Shown here: in pieces, positions 36,013 to 49,353 of the stretch | Numbering within the stretch: the first letter of the stretch is position 1 | How the letters are laid out: the number at the start of each line of letters is the position of its first letter | Source: Lama glama | Lineage: Eukaryota | Direction of reading: 5' to 3' | Length of the DNA stretch: 64,000 nucleotides | NCBI GenBank assembly: GCA_028534125.1 | Contig: CM052817.1 | Span: 71,054,001 to 71,118,000 of the forward strand | Position numbers and translations under genes: made by a program | The notes under the pieces: model-generated | What the model was told of the DNA's origin: nothing | The model's database searches: none | The model's input: the letters and a program-made list of their open reading frames with translations, nothing else

Positions 36013-39000
36013 TGAGAGGTGATAGTCAGTTAAGAGGTGCCCTTAATGAGGACCCATGGGAGAAACTGCTGTCTAGCTTTAGTCTTAGAATCATTGGGTT
36101 TCTCCGGTGGATGCTGGGTTTACTGTGCAGACTGAGGTGAACAGCCAGTGGTGGTCTCTTATGCACTGGCTGCCGGAAAGCTTGGGTCAGATTTTCAACC
36201 CACCTGGTAACAGATGTGAAAAGCCTTATGACGTGCATTTCCTGTGTTTACCATGCACGTGATTTCATCTCCGCCTTTGTTTTTCCCTCCATATCATCAC
36301 CCATTTTTCTGTAATCATCTTTCAATTGGAAAGAGTGGTGCATAGATAAGGGTTTGTTAAATTTCAAAAATCAGCTCTTTGGTGTTGGAACAAATCCAAT
36401 CTGAGTAGTTAACGGTGGAAGTGGGGCAAAGCAGTCTCCACGTTGACACAGCCTCCTTGGGGCTTCACCTGTAGAATGTTCTCCACATATACTGACTGCG
36501 TTGAATTGAGTTGCTGTAAGAATCTGCTTTTGATGCCGTGGTTGTTTGTTTTAACTGAGATATGCTTGACAAACACGATTGTCTCTTAAAGATGGTGGTC
36601 CTGAAGTTGTTTGCTCTTCTCTCACATTTTCACTCCTCCTACCCTCACCTGTCCTAAATGTTACTGTTTCCTTGCTACCTGCACTGTCCTCAGCCGAGTA
36701 AAAGCAGAGTTTGGATCAACTACTAAGGCCCGTTAAATCTCTTTATTCTGAGTTTCCCTATTTAAATTAACTCATAAATTGGTGTTCTTTTATTTTACAT
36801 CATTTTCCCCTTAGCTTACAGGTGCATCATAAAGAGAATAGAAAGCATGAGTCCAGCTTTTGTTTGGCAGCTCTTTGGGGGATGATTGGGACTCTATCTA
36901 GGATTCACAATATTGTGAGAAGAGATGTGTGAAATCTCCACTGTAAACCAAGTCCCTTGAGAATTTCTCTGAGTAGATTTGAGGGCAAGAAATAGAGAGC
37001 AGTGAAAAGAGAGGCAAGAGATGGAGCAGGAGCTGAAATTTTCATGGCCTGTGAGCAGAAACAAGAAGTGACATAAAACATTGACACAAAACTGACAGGT
37101 GCACAAAGCTTTATTGTGGCAAACTTAAGGGAGGAGAAAGTCGCTAAGATTGCAAGGGTCACATGGTGAGTATGAGTTCCACCTGAAGGTCTTAGGATGC
37201 TTACCAGATTGAATAGATGGTTTGGTTTATAAAACTGCTGTGGACCCAGGTGGTAATCCTAATATATTTAACTCCACTGAGAACTCCTAATTATTTTGTT
37301 GTAATAGGAGCGTTCTTTATAATGAATGCCTTGCTCAAATCGCATTTCTGGGACCTAAAGATGAATTTGCTTATTTTCAACCTCTTAGGCATAACAGTAA
37401 ATAATAAATGCCCTGAACTCTGTTTGGAGGAAGGAAGGAGTTATCATTCTTCTTGACAAATCCCTGTTGTTGTTCTGACTCTGTGTGTATGTGTATGTCC
37501 GTGTGTGGTTGTCTCTTCTGTTAAATATTTTGTTTAGTTTTGGTATATGAGTTTCTCTGGTAGATGAGTGGGATATCTGAAGAGGGGATTTTAAAAGATG
37601 TTGGTGAATAACTGCTTTTTCTGCCAGTAATGCAGCTGGAATACAAGCAAGCATTTTTATTAGACTGACAGTAATGTGACCATAAACCTTGAAAAAAAAA
37701 TTTGTTTTAGAAGGTAAGTGCAAACAGATCAGCCTAGCATTGGCTCCCTAAGCCCTTGCTAGAGGATATTTGTTGTCACATTTTGTAATTTGATAACTCA
37801 TCTCTGCAACTCTGCTTTGGGAATGTCTCAGACAGTGTATCACAAAGCAGTTTTCATTTTTCAGGAGAAAGTACGGTTTCTTTTGATCTTGTAAGTATGC
37901 TTTTATGGGTTTGTTATTAGTGAAACTAAGGTAAGAAAGCTTTAAAACACAACCTTCAGCTGATCCAGAAATCCTTTGGCCTCACCCCTCCAGTTCGGCT
38001 TTCTACTCCGTGCCCTACCAGTCCCACGATCCTGTCGCCATGTGCTCACTCCTCTTGTCGGATGTCCCTGTGAGTGTTTATAATGTTTCACAGGCAGCAT
38101 TGCCCACCCCCCACCCTCCCTTCTTCACCCTCCTGAATTCTACTCTTCCTCCAAGGCTGAGTCCCAGTACCCACACCACCCCAGTGTTTGAGGTCCCTAT
38201 AGGCCTCTATCCGCGGGATAAATTACACTGTCCTTTTCACGCCCACAGTATCTGCAGCATCTCATTCTACTGTGAATTGTAGTTGACTGGGTTCATGTGA
38301 TTTTCCCACCTGGATTTTCTCAGCTTTTTGTGGTCAGAACTGTTTCTCCTCATCTCTGATGGCCTCTGCCCTTCCACAGTAGGTGCATAATAAATGCTTG
38401 TTGGGTAAAAGAATGGAAGAATGGATGATAAAGAACTAAATATTATATAGCCTTCCTTAATGATGTGTTTGCTTTAGGTCTTACATTCTCAGTTTCCTCC
38501 TCTCCACTTCATCTAGCCAGGGGAACACCTGAGGCGTTCTTACCTACCTCTCATGATGTGAGTCTTGATCACTGAAGATAATTAAAAAGTTAATCCGGGT
38601 AATCTTTATATGTATCGTGTTTTCTATTAAAAGAAAGCAGTAGTCTTCATTGTATTTTGGTTCTTTGTTTTATTTCCGATATGCTTTCACATCAGGATCT
38701 TTAAAGGACATGATCAACATAATTTAATGAAACATAAATTCTGTAAGGACCACCTGGCATACAAGTGTATTCTTGGCTATTCTGAAAGTGTGGTGGTGAT
38801 TTAGGATGACTGTGGGAAAGGGAACACTTTTCTCCCTCGACCAGGACTTTCCTAAATGGAATTCTCAGAGTATTAGATCATGTTGGTTTTAGTTTTGTGA
38901 AGTGCTGTTTTGTGACTGCCACAAGTTATTAGTGTTGATACTAAAAGCTTAATCATTAAAACTTACAGAATTTAGAACAGTAATTTAAAAATCAATTATA

Positions 39001-39120
39001 GGGGTAGGCAGTATAGCTCATTGGTAGAGCGCCTGGGTTCAATCCCCAGTGCCTCCATTAAGGAGGGAAAAAAAAAAAAAAAAGAAAATTAAACTGTTTT
39101 TTAAATAAGAAAAAGTTTGA
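39001..39120 (+). mobile_element. tRNA-Ala-derived SINE with internal deletion
   Basis: A and B boxes nearly adjacent; perfect 14-bp TSD aaaaatcaattata (38987-39000, 39121-39134). Confidence 0.87.
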
Positions 39121-40639
39121 AAAAATCAATTATAAACATGTTTATTTGTAAAATACAATTCCTGGGCAAAATAGAAGATTAACCTTTTTGAAAACCCTGC
39201 CCCCTCAAAAAAAAAAAAGGAATATAATTTTTGACATTAAGAAACATGCAGACCCTTTCCTATTACAAGGCCCCCATTACCATTCAGAAGTGGGGCATAC
39301 TCCTTTGGAGCTTGGAGTTGCTGTGAGTAAGTATCATCCATTGGTCTTCGTGCCTGGGGGCAGTTTAGGGAGTCCCTTCAGGATATGTAGCAGAATTTGT
39401 TAAGTGCCGTTAAATGTTCAAGTGCTGGATAGATAACCCTGGACAGTGGTTGCCGTTCATCTGTTTTACTTATACAGCCTAGAATCTGAGTCTTTGAATA
39501 GACTTTTTATGACTCTAGAAGGTTCATGCCATTGTCCCCATACTCCTGGACTTCGGGGGCCGAGTGGATGAACAGAACGGCCCCACGGATCCTGCTGTTG
39601 CCGCTTGTGCTGCCATCACCCTCCCCAGCTCCAAGAGCTGCTTCTGGCTTGATTCCTAAAAGTGTTTTAGCAGAAAGTTTGGCCTCTGTTTTGCCCATCC
39701 TGGGGTTAGGTTAGTTTACTCTGAGATGTATGTAGATGCCACTTCTCACACTTTTGGTCTTTCATAGCTGAGTCCATTTTCGTTGCCCATTCTTCCCTTG
39801 TCCCTAAAGTGGGTTTTCACTCTTATCTAAGTCCTGAGATCTCAGTGAAGGAGTTGTGGTGGTTTATGCTAGGTCTGAAACCTCGCAGAGAAGATCCTAA
39901 TATGTTACATGGAAGACTAGGTACCTACGTGTAAAAGAGAGATGTGTTCATTCACTAGTTGGCTGATAAGTCAAACATCAGAGACGATACTAAAAGAATT
40001 CAGAGAAAAAACATCATTAGAAATTGAAAAGATGAAAAGAGGTGAGATTTCTCAGCTCTGAGAGCAGGGTAGGGAAGGGTTTAGCAGGCACGTATGGAGA
40101 AGGAAGAAAGGGTATAAGCACAGAGAGTGGAATCTGAAGGGGGTTGGGGGTCCAGTAGGCACTCTGATCGGGCTGCAAGGAGTATTCTCTGGGAAGAGTG
40201 GTCCTTGATTTGACTTGGATTAGAATTTTAGACTTCATGTTAAAACCTTACAGTAATTGTGCTTATTAAACTCTGTATCTCAGACTGATACCCTGCAGAA
40301 CATTGATTCCTGTGATGTTACAGAAAAACAAATTCTCTGTCCTTACAAGTTTGAAGAATTCTGGGCTAAGCCATACCACATTAAATGGTTCCTTCACTAC
40401 ACACCTCTCTAATGGGCATCAGCACAGTCTCAGAGGGGAAGAGGGCTGATCACGGACCTCTGTTATTCCACAGCAGTCCTAATAACTTCTCCCAGAAAAG
40501 TGCACAGGATGCGGTTTTGGAGAACACTGCATTAAAAAATTAGGTTGGGGATGGATTATGTTGAAAAACACATGAAATCCTCTTACTTCCTCGCCTGTTT
40601 CCTCAGGCCTAACTAACCGTGCCACTCTGGCAAGTGTAT

Positions 40640-41015
40640 TGGACCATTCCTAATGCTGCATTCTTTAGCCTCCTTTGAGCCAGTATGTGACCAAGTTCTG
40701 GATAATCCCACATGGCATAGAAGTGTAACTTCGGGTTCACATCTTTAATTAAGAAACTGACTTCTCTCTTCTAATGTTTTCTCCCTCCCATGGGCTAGAA
40801 TATAGATGTGGAAGGGGTGAGCTAGCCTGGACCCTGTGGAAGCATACAACCCTGTTGGTGATGGTGGAGCAACCAGATAGAGGGGACCTGGACCCCTGGA
40901 TGGCAGTAATGTCCTCTTACTCACCCTCAACTGCCAGCTACTAGAAAAGCAAACATCTCTCTCCAGTCCCATGTGTTTTGGGGTCTCTTTGTTACAGCAG
41001 CTTAGCTTGTGCCTT
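40640..41015 (+). mobile_element. ERVL-MaLR (MLT1-like) solo LTR
   Basis: atgtgaccaagttctgg..ttttgggggtctctttgttacagcagcttag is typical of an MLT1 3' end. Confidence 0.55.
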
Positions 41016-41337
41016 ATCCTGTCCAAGGAAAGAGCAGCCTAACCAGAAGTCTGAGTGGAGAGAGTCAAGCAGAGGAGCCAGAAAAGAAGTAGAAGAACCA
41101 GAGAGATGATGAGACCGATGCTATTGGAGGCTCTCAGAAAGCACTGCTGCAGAAGCCCCAAGCATGGTTACCCATGGCTGAAACCTGAAACTGAAAAATG
41201 ACCAATGCATGGATAGAATGTGTTTTATAGAGCCATCTCCACCTGCCATGCATGTGTTTTATTCCTGGTTAGAAGTCCATCTTTGACTTCATGGCTTCAT
41301 AAATAAAACCTGTCTTTATTACTAGATGAGAACCATC

Positions 41338-42690
41338 TTTTTTTTTTTACACTGAGATATAATTTACATAATACATTATATTAGTTTCAGGTACACAGCA
41401 TAATTGGTTTTCGTATGTTATGAAAAGATCATCACAAACCATCACCACACATAGTTAAAATTTTTTTTCATGTGATGAGAACTTTTAGGATTTACTCGTA
41501 GCAGTTTTCAAATATACAGTGCAGTATTTTTTTACTGAAGTATAGTTGATTTACAATATTGTGTTATTTTCAGGTATACAGCAAAGTAATTCAGTTATAT
41601 ATATATTTTTCAGATTCTTTATAGGGTAGTAGAAGATAGTGAATTTAGTTTCCTGTGCTAGACAGTAAATCCTTGTTTATGTATTTTATGTATAGTAGTG
41701 TGTCTGTTAATCCTGTGTTCCTAATTTATGCTCCACCTTTCCCCTTTGGTAACCTTAAGTTTTCTATGTCTGTGAGTCTGTTTCTATTTTGTAAATAAAT
41801 TCATTTGTATTAGTTGATTCCACATGTAAGTGATACCGTATAATCGTCTTTCTCTTTTTGACTTACTTCACTTAGTATAATAATCTCTAGGTCCACCCAT
41901 GTTGTTGCAAATGGCAATATTTCATTCTTTATAGCTGAGTAGTATTCCCTTGTGTGTGTGTGTGTGTGTGTGTGTGTATGCGCACACACACACACACACA
42001 CACATCTTCTTTATCCAGTCATTTTGATGGACACTTAGGTCGCTTCCATGTCTTGACTATACAATTCAGTATTATTAGCTGTAGCCACCATGCTATAAAT
42101 TACATCCCCAGGGTTTACTTACTTTATAACTAGAAGTTTGTACCTTTTGACCTCCTTCATGTGTTTCACCCACCCTTCAAATGGCAGAATTTCCTTCTTT
42201 TTATGGCTGAATAATATTCCATTGTGTATGTATACACTGTATTTCCCTTATCCATTCATCCATTGATGGACACTAAGGTGGTTTTCCTGTCTTGGCTCTT
42301 GGAAGTAGTGCTGTAGTCAACATGGGGGTGCAGATATCATAACAGATAGTGTTTTCATTTCTGCTTCCCAGAAATGGAATTGCTAGACCATATGGTAGTT
42401 CTATTTTTAATTTCTTGAGGAGTCTCCCTACTGTTTTCCATAGTAGCTGAACCAATTTATATTCCCACCAACAGTGCACAAGGGTTCCCTTTTCACTCTG
42501 TCCTCACTAATACTTGTTATTTCTTGTCGTTTTGAATATAGCCAAACCTCAAACAAATATGAGGTGATGCATCAATGTGGTTTTGATTTTCATTTCTCTG
42601 ATGATTAGTGATGTTGAGTACCTTCTCACATACCTGTTGGCCATCTATATGTCTTCTTTGGAGAACTGTATGGTCAGATCCTCTCCCCAT
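41338..42690 (-). mobile_element. L1 3' end with a second L1 nested inside (~41529-42058)
   Basis: Two antisense L1 3' termini; ORF2-like ORFs 41810-42001(-) and 42273-42479(-); inner TSD matches 13/15. Confidence 0.85.
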
Positions 42691-43004
42691 TTTTTTCCCT
42701 ATCTGTCCTTCCTGTCTGCCTATACTTTGCTCATTTAACTACTTGTTTGGCACTTGTAGACTCCCTTTTATTAGGGCTTTTTGTGTATATTATCAGCATG
42801 CCTGCCTTCCTGTGTGAATATATGAATATTTTTTTCTCTGTACACTTATAACTCCTTAAGAGCATGTATTTTATCTTTGGGCATATAAATGTATTGGGCG
42901 TATATATGTATTTTTTGGTATTCCCTATTCTGCTAGTACAGGTGCTTGTAGTGGTGCTAAATCATGAGGTATAAGAATATAAAAGAACTGGTGTTGGTCT
43001 GTAG

Positions 43005-43220
43005 TGGTGGTGGTAAACTTCTGTAAAGGTCCAGATGGTAAACATTTTAAGCTTTGCGACCTGTGGTTTCTGTTACAACTACTCAGTGCTGCCACTGTAG
43101 TGCAGAAGCAGTTATAGACAATACATTAATCAATGGGCATGGCTATGTTCTAGTAAATTTTATTTACAAAAATGGTGATAGGCCAGATTTGGCCCATAGG
43201 CCATAGTTTGCCAACCCGTG
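43005..43220 (+). mobile_element. hAT-Charlie MER58A-like DNA transposon
   Basis: Body resembles MER58A (ctgtaaagg.ccagat..gtttgccaaccc); perfect 8-bp TSD gtctgtag (42997-43004, 43221-43228). Confidence 0.85.
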
Positions 43221-43774
43221 GTCTGTAGACTCTATATGAAGATTTTGGCAATAGCAATAGAAGGTGCATCTGGATTTACAGTGGAATGAGAAGTGACTAC
43301 ATAAATAAGGGCCGATCACAAAGTCATGGTCACCTTACCTGGAGCTGGAATAACAGGAACTGGTCCAAGGGGAAGAATGGGAAGACGTCTAGGAACGTCA
43401 GCAGTTTTCCATGTTTAGGCTTGTACCTAACCGTGAGGCCACGGTGCCTGGCAGGTGACAGGAGGAGGAGCATGGACAGCTGGGACTGAGATAAGGAGCT
43501 GCTGCCTGAAATCAGGGGACAAGTCAGAGTCCTGTGGTTCATCCTCATTCCTGTGGGGGAGGTGACATGATGGGTGAAAAGTTGAGGACTTGGATGAGTG
43601 ATGTTCAAGAGGCAGTGCGTTGGCCAGGTGTTTATTCTGCTAGGTTATTTCTCTCTGGAATCATTAAACCACGGACATCATTTCTCTTTCATTGGAACCC
43701 AGCTTTATAGCTTACAGTCAGTGCATGCTTTTCTTCCCTTTTCCTTCCCCAAACCTTTTTAAAAATGAATTTTC

Positions 43775-44225
43775 TATTATATCTGTTGATTAGAACTGTG
43801 CTGCTGAAACAAAAGACCCAGCAATAATTAAACATCTGTATTCTTTAAGTCAGTTTTCCGTCTCTCAGGAAATGGTTCTGAGGTCAGCTTTTCAGGTCAG
43901 CTGTAGCTCTGCTCCACACAGTCACCCAGGGACCCTAAGCTGGCCGGTGCCGCCATCATCTTCAGCACAGGGCTTTCAAACTCACAAGAGCATGGAAGGG
44001 TTTTTTAAGGCTTGCAAGGTGTTATGGGCTAGGCTTGGCAATGTCACACAACACTTGTGTTCACGTTCCAGTGACTATTTTATTGACTGGGTCAGGGGAC
44101 CACGCTGAGCTGAACAGGGGCTGAGAGATGTAGTCCTGGCTGGGGGCCACATTCCAGTGAAACCTTGACAACCATGGAAGAAGGGAGAAAGGATTTTAGT
44201 GGACATTTAGCTGTTCTGTCGCAGC
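43775..44225 (-). mobile_element. ERVL-MaLR (MLT1-like) LTR remnant
   Basis: gctgagagatgtagtc..ggattttagtggacatttagc. Confidence 0.5.
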
Positions 44226-45681
44226 CCCCTTGGCCGGAAACAGGACAGTTTTGCTTTTTGTGGCCACTCAATTTCCACGGCTCTGTTGTGCTTCGTTTGC
44301 ATGTGCTCCTCAGCAGGAGAGACTGACAGGGAAACTTTATTTCTCCCTGGAAAACTTAAAGAGAAAATGGTAGAAATTCAGCATTTTTAATTTGGGCTAG
44401 TACAGGAACATCTGACACCTCACTGGGTTCATTATAAGCTGCCCTCGGGGCTGTAACTTAATAGGAAAGGGTATGGTCTCACTTGTTCACTCCAAGCTAA
44501 GGAAGAGAGAGAAATAAATTCTAATGATTCAGTTAGGATTTGAAGCCAGAATTCAAGTTTATGCAATGACACCTGATAAGGAGGAAAAGAAGTATTTTTG
44601 AGAGAAGATGCTGATGATGTGGTCTTAGGGAAGGACTTCCTTTAGAGGAATTGTGGTGATTAATAGTAAAGGAGTGGTAGTAAAAGTTATAAAGGTATCA
44701 TAGCTAGCATATGAATTTAGTGGCATTTTGTAGGCTAGCCTATTATAAGTATGGTCTAAAAATAGAGAAATCATAAACAGATACTTAGAATGGTAGAAAG
44801 ATGCTAACTATATGTCTTTGAATAAAATGTGTCTTAATATATAACATAATACCAAGACTGATCTACTATAGTTCAGAGCATATTCAGAAAGAGATTTACT
44901 AGCATGACCTTGTGACCTTGTATAATGTCTTCTTACCACATCATTAGTCACATCTTTTTGGCTTATACACAGGGTTTTTAATTTTAATTGATGAGGCTTG
45001 GATATCACTATTGATCAGTCTTAAGTGCATAACTGATTGACTTTGAGATATTAGAAGTGTTTTCCTTTCTCGTTGTTTTTCATGCACTTCAATATAGTTG
45101 TTGTTTTATATAATGAAGTGGCTGGATTGCCATAGATACCTCTGTATTCCTTGAACTTGTACACTGTGTTGTCCATGAAACATTAAATCAGGCTCCAGTG
45201 AAAGAGTTGACCAAAGGGCTATTATATATATATGTTAGGTAACATATAAAAAAACATGTTAAATGTGTGTGTAGTTGGGAATATATAATGTCACCAGTAT
45301 GAACATATTATGATACTGTGAACTGGGCCTGGCTATGTCCAAACATAAAAAATCAGCCTAGGTCCTGTGGAAGTGTCTTTCTGGAGGCTTTTTTCTCAAT
45401 CACTACTGCAGCAAATTAATCTGGGCTTCGTAAGCATGTATCAACCATTGCTTTAAATGTAGTAGGAAAAAAACAGTTCAGCAGTGCGAGAAGAAGGCAG
45501 TCTCTCCTGGTGGGGACAGAAAAGTGGAGGACGAGCAAATCTCACCTAGTAGGCAATTGTGTGCATGGGATCTAGGCGTTGCAGTTGACCCACAAGCCAC
45601 CTCTGAACACCGACTTTCCAGAACACTAGTGCGGCTCCTAACTCATCGGAGGGAGTTTGCAGAGTCTTAATCACAACGATT

Positions 45682-45755
45682 GGGGGAGGTATAGTTCATT
45701 GCTTAGCATGCATGAGGTCCTGGGTTCAATCCCCAGCACCGCCATGAAAAAAAAA
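45682..45755 (+). mobile_element. tRNA-Ala-derived SINE, short form, partly deleted A box
   Basis: gcttagcatgcatgaggtcctgggttcaatccccag plus polyA; flanking aatcaca repeat. Confidence 0.82.
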
Positions 45756-46132
45756 AATCACAGCAAGTGATACTCCTGTTACATTGCACCACGCTTGTCA
45801 GACTGCTTCAGGGCCTTGTGACTTGTCATTGGGACAGTGCTTTAGAAGGGATGCTGACAAACTGCTGGGACAGAGGTGCATTTAGAGGGTGATTAAGATG
45901 CTAATTTACATTGAAGATGAGTAAAGGGGCTGGACATTTTTAATCCTGTGAAAAGATAAAGAAGCAAAATATTTTCAAACATCTGAGAAGGTACCATGTG
46001 AAAAAGTTGTCATTCTGTGTTGCTTCAGAGCAAGGAAATCACTCCTAAGATTGGGCAGCATTGGTAGGCAGAGTTCAGCTCAGTTTAAGAAGCTGTATGT
46101 ATATTCTACCTGTTTGCCAGTGCATAGACTGC

Positions 46133-47460
46133 TTTTTAAAAAATTGAAGTATAGTTGATTTACAATATTAGTTTCAAGTGTACAACATAGTGATTTGATA
46201 TTTTTATAGATAATACTCCATTTAAAGGTATTATAAAATATTGGCTGTATCCCCTGTGCTGTACTTTACATCTTTGTATCTTATTTTATACCTAGTAGTT
46301 TATACCTCTTAATCCCTTTTCCTTGTCTTTTGTCTCCCCCCAACCCTTCTCTCCAGTAGTAACCACTAGTTCTCTGTATCTGCAAGTCTGTTTCTGTGTT
46401 GTTGTATTCATTTCTCATATTTTTTAGATTCCACGTGTAAGTGAAACCATACAGTATTTGTTTTTCCTCTGGCTTAACTTCACTAAACATAATGCCCTCC
46501 AGGTCCATCCATGTTGTGGCAAGTGGCAAAATTTCATTCTTTATGACTGAGTAGTATTCCATTATATATACATACCACATCTTTTATCTGGTCATCTGTT
46601 GATGGACACTTACGCTGCTTCCATGTCTCAGCTGTTATAAATAATGCTGCTGTGAACATTAGAGTGCATATATGTTTTCAAATTAGTGTTTTGTTTTCTT
46701 CAGGAGTAGAATATGTATATCTAGGAGTAGAATTGCTGGATCGTATGACAGTTCTATTTTAAATTTTTTAAAGAATGTCCATACTGTTTTCCATAGTGGC
46801 TGGCACCAATTTACATTCCCACCGACAGTGGGCTAGAGCTCCCTTTTCTTCACATCCTTGCCAACATTTATTATTTGTTGTCTTTCTGATGATGGCCATT
46901 CTGACAGGTGTGTGAAGTGATATCTCATTCTGGTTTTGATTTTCATTTCTTTGATGATTAGTGGTGGTGAGCATCTTTTCATGTGCCTGTTGCCCATTTG
47001 TATGTCTTCTTTGGAAAAATGTCTATTCAGGTCTTCTGTGCACTTTAAAATCAGATTGTTTGGTTTTCTTGATAATTGAGTTGTATGAGTTCTTTGTATA
47101 TTTTGGATATTGACCTCTTACTGGTCATATTTTCAAATATCTTCTCCCAGTCAGTAGGTTGTCTTTCATTTCGGTGATAGTTTCCTTCACTATGCAGAAG
47201 CTTTTATGTTTGGTTAGGTCTCATTTGTTTATTTTTGCTTTTGTTTTCCTTGCCTGAGGAGACAGATCCAAAAAAAATACTGCTAACACTTTGTCAAAGA
47301 ATGTACCGCCTGTGTTTTCTTCTAGGAGTTTTATGTTTTCCAGTCTTACATTTAGGTCTTTTACCAATTTTGAGTTTATTTTTGTTATGCTGTGAGAAAG
47401 TGTTCTAATTTCACTCTTTAACATGCTCTAGATTTCCCAGCAACATTTACTGAAGAGCCT
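46133..47460 (-). mobile_element. 5'-truncated L1 (ORF2 C-terminal remnants plus 3'UTR)
   Basis: Frameshifted ORF2-like pieces 47221-47424, 46768-46974 ([20 protein letters not shown]), 46281-46580. Confidence 0.92.
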
Positions 47461-49211
47461 GGAGAGACTTCTCCTTAAATGCAAGACTCTTAGGTTACTA
47501 GACAAACTCAGGCAGAAGCTAGAGCAGCACCGGAGACTCCTCTGGTGCTGGAGACGCCTTCTCTGCTCCAGGAGCCTGCTTGGTGAAGACACCAGAAACA
47601 GGAAGCAAAACCCCTTTTCCTTCCTTCAGTGTCTCTTCAGTGCCCCATACCGACAAAATTTTAGTGCCAAGCAGCAAAGGAAAAATACTTAGAGAACCCA
47701 GATCCATTTTCACCAAGCAGTGGAAAAGGGTGGATTTGGAGCTTACGGGCAGTAAATTGATAACCATCAGAGGAGGAGTGAGGCTTGAAAGTGGCAGCTG
47801 CACTTCTGGGTCAGGCCAAGGTGAGATGGGAGGCAGACCAGACTGGCTGGGACACTGGTAAAGGAGTGGTAATTTTGAATACAGTGCTATAGTCTAGACC
47901 AGAAATCGGGGAACTTGACTGTTCTAGAAACAGGGAATCCAACCCAAACGGGAACAGATATGGCAGAGAGACGGCAAAAAAAAAAAAAAAGTATGAGATT
48001 TTTAAGTGTATGAGGAAGCTAGACTGAGTAGAGAGGATGATGGAGAAGCCAAGAAGTAGGCTTAAGTAGGGGTGGTTGGAACCTGGGTTGGGTCCAGGTC
48101 AAAATGTGAGGTCGGCTGAGGTGACCTCTGAGGTTCCTTTCATCTCTGGTGTTCTGTGCGGCCCCTCAGGTGCACAATCTTGACACCCATCACAAAGCCA
48201 GGGACCGCTGCAGTCTGAGGACTGATCAAGCCAAACAGCTAAAAACTGATCAACTGCTTGCTGTACATCCCTTGCTGCCCGCCCCTTACCGTCTGTCGTC
48301 CCCACCAAGAAAAGGCTTTGGGTTGTTGGTAGTGTATTAACCATTTAGTTGGGGTGGTTTGTGTTTTGGCCTTTTGTTTACATGATATCTTTAATCTTTC
48401 TGTGAAGGTTTGGGTCTAGAATGTTTGCTGGGAGGTGTCGCCTGGAGGCCGCCCAGGCGTGCTGCTCGTAGCTTGTCGGTTAGAGCCTCAGCGTGGATGT
48501 GCTGCTAACAGGCCATAGCCCTTCTTCGCATATAAAATTCGCTTTGTAATAAATCCAGGCAGTTTTGTTTAATTAGTTTATTCTGTTTAGTGGGATTGTG
48601 CCGCCATTTAATTAGTGAAGTCTGAGTTTGTGCCAGCGACTAAGCTTTGTAATCAGCCGTTGTTGTGATGTCTGCAATTACGTGGAAACGTCCAAGCCTA
48701 ACCTCTCTTGCAGAGAAATTATATTATCTTTGAAACTGAATTAGGATGAAATATCTTGATATTTATAATTATTCTGCTTATTTAGAGATATTAGATCTTA
48801 GAAACAGTCTTTTATGGGTAGAACAGTGACAATTGAAACTCTTACTGTTATATTTTAGCATAGTAACGCTCTTGGTTTTGAAACTTTAGAAAACACCTTT
48901 GTGGTCTCTGCTAGTCCTCTCGCTTTCTCCTTACTCTTAAATGCATGGTTACAGCAGAGTTGGCCATCTTAGTAGGCATGACTGTCATTCAGCTGGTCAC
49001 CTGACTGAGGAATTTGGGAGTAGGATTGTTGTCTCTGCTGGCTGCTCTTTTGAATAGTGGAGTTGTACGCTTGGAGCTATCGGGTAATGATCATTTTCTA
49101 CCATGAGGACCAGGAAGCAGTGCACATCATTTTGTGGCAGTAAAGCAGAATGACACTGATGTACAGAAAAAAAGAGAAAAGAAGTATGGATCAAGAGGAC
49201 TTCCGAGTCTT

Positions 49212-49353
49212 CTTTTTTTTCTTATTCTTTTGGTTGGGGAGGTAATTCGGTTTGTTTGTTTATCTTTAAGGAGGTACTAGGGATTGAACCCAGGGCCTTG
49301 AGCATGCTAAACACATAGTCTGCCATTGAGCTATACCCGCCATCCACCCCCCC
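49212..49353 (-). mobile_element. tRNA-Ala-derived SINE (Vic-1-like)
   Basis: 16-bp TSD aggacttcc(g/c)agtctt (49196-49211, 49354-49369). Confidence 0.87.
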
